Part shown: one piece after another, positions 12,528 through 28,149 of the stretch
Numbering within the stretch: position 1 is the stretch's first letter
Layout of the letters: every line of letters begins with the position of its first letter
Assembly: GCA_951406725.2 (NCBI GenBank)
Contig: OX597815.1
Coordinates: 65,286,001 to 65,350,000 of the forward strand
Length of the DNA stretch: 64,000 nucleotides
Direction: 5' to 3'
Source of the DNA: Octopus vulgaris
Lineage: Eukaryota
Program-made: the position numbers and the translations under genes
The notes under the pieces: model-generated
Database searches by the model: none
What the model was told of the DNA's origin: nothing
What the model saw: only the letters and a program-made list of their open reading frames with translations

Positions 12528-13261
12528 AACTTTGTGGCATCTGTAATTCTGAACTTTTTCATATTTTGTTCGCCAAAGTCCCTTTAATAAATACAATCGT
12601 GAAGAGGTCATACAGGTGCATGCACTGGCAAAAACACACCTTTCACTCATATGAATAATGATTAATATAGATAACCCCTTGAATTTTAATTAATATAACT
12701 TATTTTTTTATATATGTCACCCCCATAGTCATAAAAAAATTTTTTATACTTTCAAAGAGCTACTACCCAATCCAGTGAGGTTGTTGCCTTAGTCCCTCTA
12801 CCACGCCCTCCTCTTTCTCTCTCTTTTTCTCTCTCTATTTCCCTCTTTCTATAGTAAGCACAATCAAACACACAGACACAAACCTCTCACCTCACCACTG
12901 TCTGTTTTCTGACATCTACCCATCCACATACACAATCACGCATACATATACACACACACACACACATTAATTCAGCTATATATAGTCACACACACAGGCA
13001 CTCATTCACAAAAGAAATCAACAAAATCCACCATTCATATGACCTGCACACTTTCACCTTCCTATTCTTATGCCTCTCTCCCCCAACTTCGTTTGAACCC
13101 TTGAACCTTTAGAACCTTCTAGATTCTTCTACTTTCAACCACTTTGACATCACTCCTTATAAAGGAATATTTTAAAGAGACACCCATTATTGCTATGGGC
13201 TCTGTGTGAGCAATCATCTAAAAGTTTTTTGTGCATTTTGATGTTGACATAAGTTCCTTGC

Positions 13262-13344
13262 TTTTCCTGATGAGAAAGCTGCATAATGAACTCCTTATTC
13301 CTTCGTAATTAGGAATATGCAGCCTTCGAAACATATGTCGAAAA
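13262..13344 (+). ncRNA. Type I hammerhead ribozyme, intact core; predicted cleavage after C13339
   Basis: uuuuc-CUGAUGA(13267-13273)-long stem II-GAAAC(13328)-AUAU-GUC-gaaaa. Palindromic stem III ACAUAUGU; AATAAA at 13343. Confidence 0.88.
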
Positions 13345-13384
13345 TAAAGGAATTTTGTTAATTCGTCATTCAGCTCCATTCTTT

Positions 13385-13629
<245 letters not shown>

Positions 13630-13630
<1 letters not shown>

Positions 13631-13850
13631 AAAATACAAACTGGGACAAGAACGCAAAACATTTAGAAGACGATACAAAAAACACGGACAGGACATTCGA
13701 AGCCTTCAATCTTCAGTCAAGAACTGGATCATCCTCGCAATTTCGGCTGATTAATCTTGAGATTGCTCCAATCTGGCCAGCCCCAAGGAAAAACTAAGCT
13801 AAGAGCATTAGATTCCTTGGAAGAAAGCTTTGAATGTATACAAAACAAGC
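13630..13850 (-). mobile_element. Unclassified interspersed repeat (second copy at about 61085-61350, +)
   Basis: ccaaggaatctaatgctc.tagcttagtttttccttggggctggccagattggagcaatctcaagat is shared between the two loci. Confidence 0.8.
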
Positions 13851-13852
13851 TT

Positions 13853-13948
13853 AGAATTCTGGGTAGGGGAGGGGTCCACCAAGGATCGGTCCTCACCCCA
13901 CCCCTCTTAATCATCATAGTCCTCCAGACAATAACAGAGGAATTCAAG
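13853..13948 (+). mobile_element. Short internal RTE RT fragment
   Basis: GVHQGSVLTPPLLIIIVLQTITEEFK, matching the QGS motif region at about 1715-1795. Confidence 0.8.
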
Positions 13949-16888
<2,940 letters not shown>

Positions 16889-17423
16889 TCATACCAGCAT
16901 GGAAGGTAGACGTTAAACAATGATGATGATGATGATATACTATATGAGTGTATATACAGAGTGTATTTGTATTCTTTTTTGAGTATTGTAATGAACTGAC
17001 AAAAGTTTGTCATCAGAGCGTCAAAGGAAATTGAATGTTGTGACGTGGTAAGGAATATATCATGTAGTCTACAATTAAATTGAGTGAGGGATAAACATGT
17101 TTACAGAAATACATGAATGATGTATATGCAACAAGTAGCCATGTTCACATGTGTGAGAGTATATATGCATGTGTTATATAAAAATATATGTACATATCTG
17201 TGTGTGTACATATATGTGTATATGTGTGTATGTATGTGTGTGTTCATATATAAAGTCTTCATTTATTCTTTTATTTGTTTCAGTCATTTGACTGCGGCCA
17301 TGCTGGAGCACCACCAGTCAAACACCATTAGTCAAACAAATCGATCCCAGGACTTATGCTGAATACCGTCCAACCCATGCTAGCATGGAAAACGGACGCT
17401 AACGATGATGATGATGATGATGA

Positions 17424-17507
<84 letters not shown>

Positions 17508-17516
17508 CATACATAC

Positions 17517-17566
<50 letters not shown>

Positions 17567-17644
17567 ATATATATATATCTATATATATAAAGCTCAACTT
17601 TTGTGTCTGTGTGTGTATCTGTGTGTGTGCGTCTGTATGTTTAA

Positions 17645-18293
17645 ATTCCCGGCACATCTCCTAGCCAACAAATCATAGAGCCACCAAAAATGGGTCACTT
17701 AAAGTTTAGGCGAATGAAAATTGAATACAGATATTACTGTATTGAAATATTGGCCAGCTCAGAGCCCTGACTTAAATATCATCAAGCAAATGTGGACAAA
17801 GCTAAAGAGAAGAGTTCATCAGAAGAATCTACGCAATCTTGAAGAGTTGTGGGAGCTCAGCCACAGAGAATGGCATCTCATACCAGTGAAGATGGTGAAG
17901 GATTTGCATGCGTCTCTTCCTAGGTGCATTGAAGCAATTATTCAAGCTAAGGGAAGTCATGTAAAATATTAACAATGTACAGTAACTTCTTGAAATGAAC
18001 ATTATGTAATAAATTTTCATTACAGACATATTTCTGCTTTAAAACACTATATATTGATTGGTTTATATGAGATGGCTGAAAACTTTTGCCTGGCCATTTT
18101 TGATGGTCGTCTCACATCTTCCCCTCTCATTAAGAACCCCTAGTACAAAATATAATGATTAGGTATGGAAATGACCCCAACAGGGTCAATGTCTTGTCTG
18201 TAAAAAATGCAATGCAAAACATCCACTTATAAGTTGGGAATTAGTAGAAATTTACAGTAGTTTAAAGTGGCCAAAGTCTTTTGAACGGTACTG
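17645..18293 (+). mobile_element. 3' part of Tc1-family transposon with right terminal repeat
   Basis: WPAQSPDLNIIKQMW..IIQAKGSHVKY (17721-17972). End tggccaaagtcttttgaacggtactg, with a similar inner repeat tggctgaaaacttttg near 18073 (IR/DR-like). Confidence 0.87.
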
Positions 18294-18294
18294 C

Positions 18295-18327
<33 letters not shown>

Positions 18328-18430
18328 TGTATGTATGCATGCATGTGTATATATATATATATATATGCATGCATGTGTATATATATATATATATATCTAG
18401 AGAGGGAGAGAGAGATGTATGTATGCATGC

Positions 18431-18474
<44 letters not shown>

Positions 18475-18923
18475 TCACACACACACATACACATATATTT
18501 TCATATTTTGCATATGTACATGTGAGCGTGTGTATATGCATATGCATATACGTATACATTTGTATGTGTGTCTTTATGAGGATGTGTATATCTGTATGTG
18601 CATATGTGTATATGTGTGTGTGTGCAAGAGAAAGTGAAAGAAAGAAAAAAAGAGAGAGAGGAAGAGGGAGAAAAGTTGTGTAGTTAGGCATGTCTCATTC
18701 ATGTAAAGCAACAGCAACAATGTAAACAAGAAAACAGCAGTAGCAGCAACAATAATAGCAAGAAAGACCACAACAACAATAACAGCAACAACTTAATCAC
18801 TGTGATGTCAATGTAATGCAACATTGAATCCTGGAAATAAAAATGTCATATTACATGAAGAATTGAAATTTGGTTCTGGTAGAAAGATCAGAGAATTATG
18901 GGGCTTAGAATGAAAATTCAATC

Positions 18924-18998
18924 TATGATGTAATTTCTAGATTTTACATGTGTGTATGTAGTGTAGGGGTGTGTGTAAAATCTAGAAATTACATCATA
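18924..18998. repeat. Perfect 25-bp inverted repeat with 25-nt spacer
   Basis: tatgatgtaatttctagattttaca / tgtaaaatctagaaattacatcata. Confidence 0.9.
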
Positions 18999-19006
18999 TT
19001 ATTTTC

Positions 19007-19045
<39 letters not shown>

Positions 19046-19346
19046 AATGTACATGTGTGTGTTGGGTGTGGGGTAAGATATATGCATCATGCAAGAATAC
19101 AGGTATAATATTTATAAATACTTAAAATAATGTTCATATGTATGTATGTTTGTATATATATATATATGTGTGTGTGTATATATATATACATATATGTAAT
19201 ATTCTGGATACACTTGCACTGCAGGATATTCCCTTTATCTTCTGTTTACTGCAGATCACAACAATTTTGGAACATTCCAACAGCAACATTCCCTCGCAAT
19301 TTAATGGTGCCACACAGCATGCTATTACTGCAAACCACAGAATATG

Positions 19347-19396
<50 letters not shown>

Positions 19397-19400
<4 letters not shown>

Positions 19401-19818
19401 TTTATTCTTTTATTTGTTTCAGTCATTTGACTGCGACCATGGTGGAGCACTGCCTTTAATCAAACAAATCAACACCAGGACTTTTTCTTTGTCAGCCTAG
19501 TACTTATTCTATCAGTCTCTTGCTGAACTGCTAAGTTACAGGGATGCAAACACACCACTATTGGTTGTCAAGTGATGGTGGGGGTACAAACAAAGACACA
19601 CAAACACACACTCATGCACACACACACACACACACATATACAGATATATATATACGATGGCCTTCTTTCAGTTTCCGTCTACCAAATCCGCTCACCAGGC
19701 TTTGGTTGGCCCGAGGCTATAGAAGAAGGCACTTGCCTATGTTGCTACACAGTGGGACTGAACCCAGAACCATGTGGTTGGTAAGCAAGCTACTTACCAA
19801 ACAGCCACTCCTGTGCCT
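19397..19818 (-). mobile_element. Full-length family A SINE
   Basis: tRNA-like head (gtggctgtttggtaag..ggttcagtccc), central gtagacggaaactgaaagaagg, (TG)n and 3' tail. Confidence 0.87.
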
Positions 19819-20037
19819 ATTTATATATATTTTTATAAATATAAACATACACAACAACATACATGCATATACACATATACACACTCAGGCATACATATAC
19901 ACACTCAGGCATACACATACACACTCACATAAATACACACACATACATGTTTATATATACATATTGTCATCATGATAAGTGCCAATACACATAACTCTCA
20001 GTCTTTGAGTTACTTAGTCACTTGCACTGATTATTGT

Positions 20038-21270
20038 TTGAGAGTGGACGTAAAAGTTTATAGACTGACTATGAGGGAGTGATGCTAGAGTTGTGAAATC
20101 TTGCTTACATTAATTTCAACTTTTGTCATTAATAACTACATTGTTACTTTCAAGATAAACTGATGTCTGTCTGTTCAAAGAAAATATCAGAAGTAACTTG
20201 TAGTAATTTCTCTAGAAATGGACAAAATATAACATTGTGGTGTTATCAAGTACCTTCAGAAAAATAGTTTAGGCCCCAAAGATATTCATGCTGACATAGT
20301 CGATGCTTCAGCTTTATCTGCAATGCAAAAATGGGCAGCTGAATTTCGGAGGGGAAGGGAGAGTCTTGAAAGGACCCATGGTCTGCATGTCATTCAACTG
20401 CCACAACTGAAGAAAACATTGATTGTATTCACCACATGGTGATAGATGACAGGTGATTGACTATAGATCAAATAGCCAATGCTGTTAGCATATCCCTTGT
20501 GAGAGTTAAGAATATTTTGCACAGTGAACTTGACAAAGGTTTCTGGTAGATGGGTGCCATATTTTCTGACACTTGATTAAAAGTGCACTAGGCTAAATCA
20601 CATCATAGCAAAATCTGACCTTGTTTGAGTCAGATCCAGCTGGTTTCCTTGAACATTTCCTAAGCCAGGATGAGTGTTGTATTCATCAATTTGAGCCAGA
20701 TACAAAGAGACAGTCCATGCAGTGGAAATATTCTTCCTCACCTGCTCCAAAGAAGGCGAATGTTGTTCCATTCTGCAGGGAAAGTGATGGCTTCAGTTTT
20801 TTGTGTTTATTGGCTTTCTTTACAAGGGCCTCACAATCAATGGCAAATATTATGCCAACTTGCTGAGGCAGTAATAAAAGGCTATCAAGACTAAACGCCA
20901 AGGAAAACTGATGGGAGGGGTCTTGTTTGATCAGGACAATGCTCCAGCACACAACTTGTTGGTTTCAATGGCTGCTGTACATGACTGTGACTTTGAGTTG
21001 ATCAGCTACCCTATTCTCCTGATTTGGCCCCGTCTAACTATCATCTGTTCAACAACATGAAAAAACATTTGGCTGAGAACCAGTATTGCAGTAACAAAGA
21101 TGTTGTATCTGTTGTTGACTTTTTTCAGCAACATGTCAAAAGCTTCTTCACCAATGGGATCCAAGGACAGCAACACTTGCAAGGGGGACTATGTTGAAAC
21201 ATAAACCTCGTTTGGTCTCATTCCATGAGAGTACCTTGGTGAGCCTAAGAACTTTTTAGCCAAACCTTGT
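20038..21270 (+). mobile_element. Near full-length decayed mariner (DD34D) transposon
   Basis: ATG 20218; KWAAEFRRGRESLE, RWVP, QDECCIHQFEPDTKRQSMQW, QDNAPAH, YSPDLAPSNYHLF. Degenerate TIRs containing aaaagtt..tag.ct.ac at both ends. Confidence 0.9.
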
Positions 21271-21280
21271 GTGCATGTGA

Positions 21281-21336
<56 letters not shown>

Positions 21337-22363
21337 ATGTGCACGTGCGCGTGTGTGTATATATATATATTCCTGATATTATCCATGGTGACAAAAATTT
21401 AAACTTACCTATCATGTGCAGAATTTGAGAGAATTTGGTTGATGGAGACTGAAAAAAGCCATTGTATGTATGTTAGTATATATATGCATATATGTATATA
21501 TGAGTGTATGTGAATTTAATATAATATTATATTTATATATATATAATATATATATATATTTATATACACACACATGTGTGTGTGTTTGTCTCTCCAGCTT
21601 GACACTATGATAGTTGTGAAAGGAGTATCACCATCGTATAAGCTGTTCCTTCATCATTTTCAGGCTTCCATGAAACATGTCCAGCCATGTGGAAATATTA
21701 CCTTGCTTAGAAATAGGTAAGGGTCTGTGACAGGAAGGGCTTCAAACCATAGAAAACACACACACACAAACACACAAACACACACACATACACACAAACA
21801 CACACACACATACACACACACACAACACACATGTATGTATGTATGTTTTTGATCCATGTTAGCATGGGAAAGTGGATGTTAAACTGATGATGATGATGAT
21901 GACGATATATTATATTTGTTAAATTTTGGTTAATACAATCAGTTTTTTGCCAAAACTTTTCTAACAATCCAAACATGTTTCCTATGCTACATACTATGTT
22001 ACAAGAACTACAGATCAGAATTGCATCAGACATAAACTTCAGAATGTATCTTCCCTCATAATATAAAGTAACAAGAGAAAAGGCCTGTAGCAAAAAAGAA
22101 AGGTGAAGATGGAGAGAGAGGGGGATGGAAAGGGGGAGAGAAAGAGGGAGAGAGAGTATGGGAGTAAATATTATGTAAAAGACATAAAAAAGACCTTGAA
22201 AATATTGAAAATAAGCCAAATAAAAGATAAAATCATCATTACAAGATATCAAATCTTCTAAAATATTACAGACACACACATGTACACACAGAAACATACA
22301 CATACATACTCACATGCATGCACACACTCATGCATATGCACACTCATACATCCACACACACAT

Positions 22364-22424
<61 letters not shown>

Positions 22425-22549
22425 TTATGATATCATCACATCATCACAAGATATCTTATAATTTATTGTGCACAATATGTGCATTCATACATAATTTTGT
22501 GCATACATATATACATACATACACACACACATACATACATATTTAGCTG

Positions 22550-23720
22550 GGTCGCTTGATAAAAACAGAGGTAAACATTTGGAGCCAGGACTGTTTCACA
22601 ACTTGAAAAATAAATTCTGTTTCTTCAAAGAACTATCTTATAGCTTATCATAGTTATGTAGTGCAACACTATCAACAAATTCACAAGAAGTTAAAAATGA
22701 TTAAAAGATAAACAAGGGAAGCAGTATGAGGAATCAAATACTAAAACCTTAAACTCATCAGCTGAAACAAAAACCACCAGCAACAGCTGAGAAACTAGAA
22801 TATAAAGCTGTATAAACAGAAAACACTGAATAGATTGTTTGCTAAAGATCCCAAATCAGTCTTCTGCAGCTTCAAAAAAAAATAACACAATATCAGTAAA
22901 AACCATCCCATCAACAGAACAAATGGAAAGTTACTGGAGATGAATTTGGGAAAAGAATGCAAGATTCAAAGAAAATGTTGTCTGGATGGATGAATTAGAA
23001 CATGAATACTGCAAGCATGTTACACAAAAACTCTATGAAACTGATGCTGCAGTGCTTGAAACAGTCCTGAAAAAAAAAAGAAAGAGAAAATACCAGCCAG
23101 GAAATCCTTATGCCCACATCTTACTATTGGATAGTGGTTAAAAATCTCAACATCTATCAGTGACATTTATTAAGATTGTTTGAGAAGGGCACATTTAATG
23201 TACCCTTATGGCTGTCAACAGCCATTACCCTTCTTATTCCATAAAATAGCCAAACCACTGAAACTAAAAATTCCCACCCTGTAACAGTCTGTCAAAACAT
23301 CATGTATAAGATGTACATTGGCTGTCTCAACTTGTTTCTACGAGACCATTGTACTACCAACAATATTATAACTTGAACAAGCTGGGGGAAAGAAGGAAGT
23401 TGTTGGAGGGTTTTGAGCACGTACTAACATAATGAAACAAGAATCCACAGAAACTTGGCTATGATATGGTTGGATTACTAAAAAGCTTTTGATAATATAT
23501 GTCATGGGTGGGTTATCAAGGGACTGCAAATAGACACACTATATATCCCCTGCAAGGATTGTGGTCTCAAATCTGTATTGATGTCATATGAAACATGTAT
23601 TGTGACACTGAAGCAACATCGGCAGCAGAGGAAAGAGACCAGTAACTATCTTACCTAGGTTTGTGACCATGAAATCAACAACATAATTAGGATATTTAAT
23701 GAATTTGAGGAGAGGCATAA
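22550..23720 (+). mobile_element. Heavily decayed, internally deleted R4/Dong-clade LINE (RT region)
   Basis: NRLFAKDPKSVF, MIWLDY*KAFD, IDTLYIP..GLKS..YE..IVTLKQH. Confidence 0.7.
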
Positions 23721-23889
23721 AATAAGAAGTGATGCAACTCTTTCCTTTCGAGCATTGGTAAATTCTATTTATCAAAAAAATAAAATTAAAAAGAATGGAC
23801 TAGTTCACTTGAGAAGATAATGCATAGGTGCTTGGCACAAAAGATGCAAGCCATAAAGAGAATAATTCCACCAACATTCAATATAGTCA

Positions 23890-24010
23890 ACTTCTTCTGT
23901 TAGACTTTTCTACCTTTTAGGTACCTGTAGGTACTTTGTGGCGATCTCTTGTTCTTGAATTGCATGGACGGAGCCTTCGAAGTGAGATGTCATAAATTTA
24001 TCAATACTCT
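23890..24010 (-). mobile_element. Inverted R4/Dong fragment
   Basis: DKFMTSHFEGSVHAIQEQEIATKYL corresponds to ETEGFLIAAQDQSLPTRNY of the neighbouring element. Confidence 0.65.
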
Positions 24011-24299
24011 ATGGCTGCTGCTGCTGCTGCTGCTGTTGCTGCTACTCCTACTCCTACTCCTACTACTACTACTACTACTACTAATAATAATAATAGTAAT
24101 ACTAATACCACCACCACCACCACCACCACCACTACTGCCACTGCTGCTGCTACTACTACTATTACTACCACTGCTACTTTGTGCACCCTGAATTAACAAG
24201 GGACCTTCTACATGATTACTTGACCTGCTAAAAATAGTAGCCAAAGCTCACTCAAAACACACTTTACACTCTTAGAAAAGAACACATTGGATATTGGTC

Positions 24300-24800
24300 C
24301 TAAGTTCCTGGCACATCTGCAAACCATAGGCCTCCTCATTGATATGACCATCCCAATCGATATAAATATATCTGTCAAGACCTACTAAAAACTGAGCAAG
24401 TATAAAGATTTTGAAATAGAAATTGACAAAATATGGAACCTCGAAACTAAAATGATACCTGTTGTCATAGGTTCCCTAGGAATGATAGTAAAGGGGGCTA
24501 ATTCCTACCTAGCTCAGATACCAGGAAACCCCAAAATGGCAGAAATTTAAAGGATAGTGCACATGGGAACTGCCCATATCCTATATAAAATACTGTCTAT
24601 GTAATCTCAAATTGTAAAACAAACTTATAATTTTCTTACGTTTTCTTAAATATTCTCTACATCAATACTATGTGCAAAAACCAAATACATGACACTCTAG
24701 ACATAATACCAACTTGAACTTCTAACTTGTTGTCTCTTGAGGTCTCTGGGTGAGACTTGGAGTTAATTTGTACAAATTCAAAGCAAAAGTCAGGCATAAA
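24300..24800 (+). mobile_element. R4/Dong LINE 3' end (restriction-like endonuclease region, 3'UTR, (TAA)n tail)
   Basis: LLIDMTIPIDINISVK..KLSKYKDFEIEIDKIWNLETKMIPVVIGSLG. Confidence 0.85.
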
Positions 24801-24848
24801 ATAATAATAATAATAATAATAATAATAATCATAATAATGATAATGATA

Positions 24849-24879
<31 letters not shown>

Positions 24880-24891
24880 TGATAATAATAA

Positions 24892-24950
<59 letters not shown>

Positions 24951-26257
24951 GGTATCAACACTTTAGCTGTCCCAGTTATAAGTTACAGCTACAATATCCT
25001 TAACTGGACACGAAATGAACTGACCAAAATAGATAGGAAAACAAGAAAAATAATGACAGGATCTAGGATGCATCACCCAAAATCTGACATAGAAAGACTA
25101 TATATACAACGTATAGAAGGTGGTAGAGGCCTTATACAGCTGGAAAACTACTATAAAATAACCACCATAGGACTGCAAAAATATCTACTTCAGAAGGAAG
25201 GAAAACTGATCCAGATAGCGGCAAAACACGAGCAAAACAAAAAACTGTTCTCAGTATTTAAGGAAGCTGACAAATACAAACAAGAAATCATACCACCTAA
25301 TAAACATGAAGAAGATGAAGAAACAACAAAAGCTATAAAACAAATGAAATCCAAACTAAAAATAGAACAGCAACGAACCATGATAAAACGATGGCAAGAA
25401 AAGCCCCTTCATGGTAAATACTGGACTAAACTAAACGCAAAAGAAATAGACAAAGAAAAATCCCAGCAATGGTTGAGAAGCTCAGGACTCAAAGCAGAAA
25501 CAGAGGGATTTTTAATTGCAGCACAAGACCAAAGCCTCCCCACCAGAAATTACCAAAAACATGTAATGAAAAGAAATATTACAAGTAACTGCAGAATATG
25601 TAGAGATGGACAAGAAACAATAAATCATATCATCTCTAGCTGCCCAGTCTTGGCTAAGAAGGAATATATTCACAGACATGACTGAGTTGGAACCTACATA
25701 CATTGGAAGCTATGCCAACATTATGGAATAACAACAGAAAAAAGATGGTATAGGCACACACCAGAAAAGGTCACAGAAAACGAGAAAGCAACCATACTCT
25801 GGGATATGCCGATACACACAGATAGAGAAATTAAGGCCAACAGACCAGATATAGTTGTCAGAGATCATGAAGAAAAAAAATGCTTTCTAATTGATGTATC
25901 AATACCGGCTGATGACAACGTGTCTCTAAAAGAAATGGAGAAACTCTCAAAATACAAAGACCTGGAAATAGAGGTAACTAGAATGTGGAATCTGAAAACA
26001 TAAACAATTCCTATCATAGTAGGTGCATTAGGCATGATAAAAAAATATTCAGACAAATACATAACAAAAACACCAGGACTTACAAACACATATAACATAC
26101 AGAAAATTGCACTACTAGGCACTGCACACATCCTACGCAGAACACTTTCCATACAATAACCATCAGAGCATCACAACAAATCACAGCACATACCCAAGGC
26201 ACACAGAGCTGTGCTCGGTAGTGAAGTGAAAGCACGCTATAAAAATAAAACTACTGA
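24951..26257 (+). mobile_element. 5'-truncated R4/Dong LINE embedded in (TAA)n
   Basis: Single frame 24951-26159 with two stops (25683, 26001): GGRGL, AAQDQ, CCHC finger CRIC..HIISSC, RHD, RPDIV..IDVSIP..KLSKY; (TAA)n on both sides. Confidence 0.94.
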
Positions 26258-26290
26258 AGAATGATAATGATAATAATAATTATAATAATG

Positions 26291-26334
<44 letters not shown>

Positions 26335-26546
26335 CCTTTCTATTAAAGGTACAAAGCCTGAAATTTTGTGGGAGGTGACTAGTTGATTACATCAATCCTA
26401 GCGTTTCACTGGTACTTAATTTATCAACCCTGAAACAATGAAAGGTAAAGTCGACCTTGGTGGGATTTGAACCAAGAATGTAAAGACAAACAAAATACTG
26501 CAAAGCATTTCACCCAGAGTGCTAATGATTTTGTCAGCTCGCCACT
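26335..26546 (-). mobile_element. Nin/Deu-domain SINE
   Basis: Homologous to 3916-4148. Confidence 0.82.
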
Positions 26547-26559
26547 TAAATAATAATGA

Positions 26560-26962
26560 TCACCATTCTATGGGATTATGGGATACATACATATAGACAG
26601 GCAAATAAATGATAACAGGTCAGACATTATCTCCAACATTGCCCACTGATAGAAATATCTCAACAAAAGAATTTGAAAAACTATCAAAATACAAGAACAT
26701 TGAAGTTCAAATATCTAGGACAAGGCAGTTAAAAACCAAAACCATCCCTGTTGTTGTGGGTGCACTGGGAATAATCAAGAAAAGTATCAACAAAATTTTT
26801 GAAGAGCTCTCTTGGAAACAAACAATCTACATGATTAAAAAGATTGTGCTGACATCAACCTCACACCTTCTAAGGAAGATTCTCTCTATCAAATAATATA
26901 AGTGCCTTAGGTCTCTGGTTTTGACCAAGCCGGAAGATGAAATAAAATGCAAATCAATCAGT
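26560..26962 (+). mobile_element. Third R4/Dong 3' fragment with (TAA)n tail
   Basis: TILWD, PTDRNISTKEFEKLSKYKNIEVQI..KTIPVVVGALG. Confidence 0.85.
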
Positions 26963-26976
26963 AAATAATAATAATG

Positions 26977-27026
<50 letters not shown>

Positions 27027-27176
27027 GATTGCAGATAAGCTTAGGCAATGTATACTTTAGAGAAAGAAATAGTTGATGCATTCAGGGCTGCACCAGCCAA
27101 CTGGTATGGTCTTTTCATATCATGCATGGAATATATTAAGTTTCTTGTTGATCAGATCTGAACAGAAAAACAGCAA

Positions 27177-27235
<59 letters not shown>

Positions 27236-27279
27236 TGAATATATATATTTATGTTAATACATGCATATATTTATCTATT

Positions 27280-27353
<74 letters not shown>

Positions 27354-27723
27354 ACATACATACATAAATACATACATTTGGTTGTGTGTGTGTGTATATG
27401 AATATGTGTATATATATATGTATGCATGTATGTATGTATGTATGTATGTATGTATGTATGTATGTATGTATGTATGTATGTATGTATGTATAGTGACAGA
27501 GATTGAAGGGGGGTTAGAAGTAGGTGCAATCAGATATTTACCACTAGGTTATATTTCCCAAGATCCTCTACTTCACCAGGGATTGGTGATATTAAATCAA
27601 CATTCCATATGGCTGCGATAATAATGCCAGCAGCCAAAATAAAGTTCCTAGACAAAAAATAATGGCCTGCATATATTTCTACATCTATACCTATCTCTCC
27701 CACTCACTCTCTCACTCTTTACT

Positions 27724-27781
<58 letters not shown>

Positions 27782-28000
27782 AATGCATACGTACATAGAT
27801 GTGTGTGTGTTTGTAGGTTTAGAAGAACAAACAGGAGAAAGAGAGCTCAATACAAAAGTATTCATGCATATTTGTTATTTATTTGACTGAAAGTTACAAA
27901 TACAATTCAAGTGTGGCACTTGACAAATTTACCTTGCTTGATAAGCACCACAGGCAAAATTCTCAGCCCTTGAATCACTTCTGTAACTTTTTGCTGACTA

Positions 28001-28037
<37 letters not shown>

Positions 28038-28149
28038 GCAGTAGAGTATGGCATGAAACAAGAAGATCTTTGCAATATATTTTGCTGTCATGCTCTATCA
28101 TGCTCTTCAAAACAAAGATGAGGGGACACATGTGAGATATCATACCACA

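Larger units (their letters stand above)
12401..13388. mobile_element. Non-coding Penelope-type element bounded by inverted terminal repeats of about 126 bp (12401-12526 and 13262-13388), each containing a hammerhead
   Basis: Arms are reverse complements with few mismatches; a hammerhead followed by AATAAA is characteristic of PLE pLTRs. Confidence 0.72.

Noticed and set aside
13690-13760. cagccGAAA..CTGAAGA arrangement on the minus strand (also near 61180-61230 and 7751-7794)
   Set aside because: I could not build consistent stems for any hammerhead topology. It may be a decayed ribozyme and is not called.
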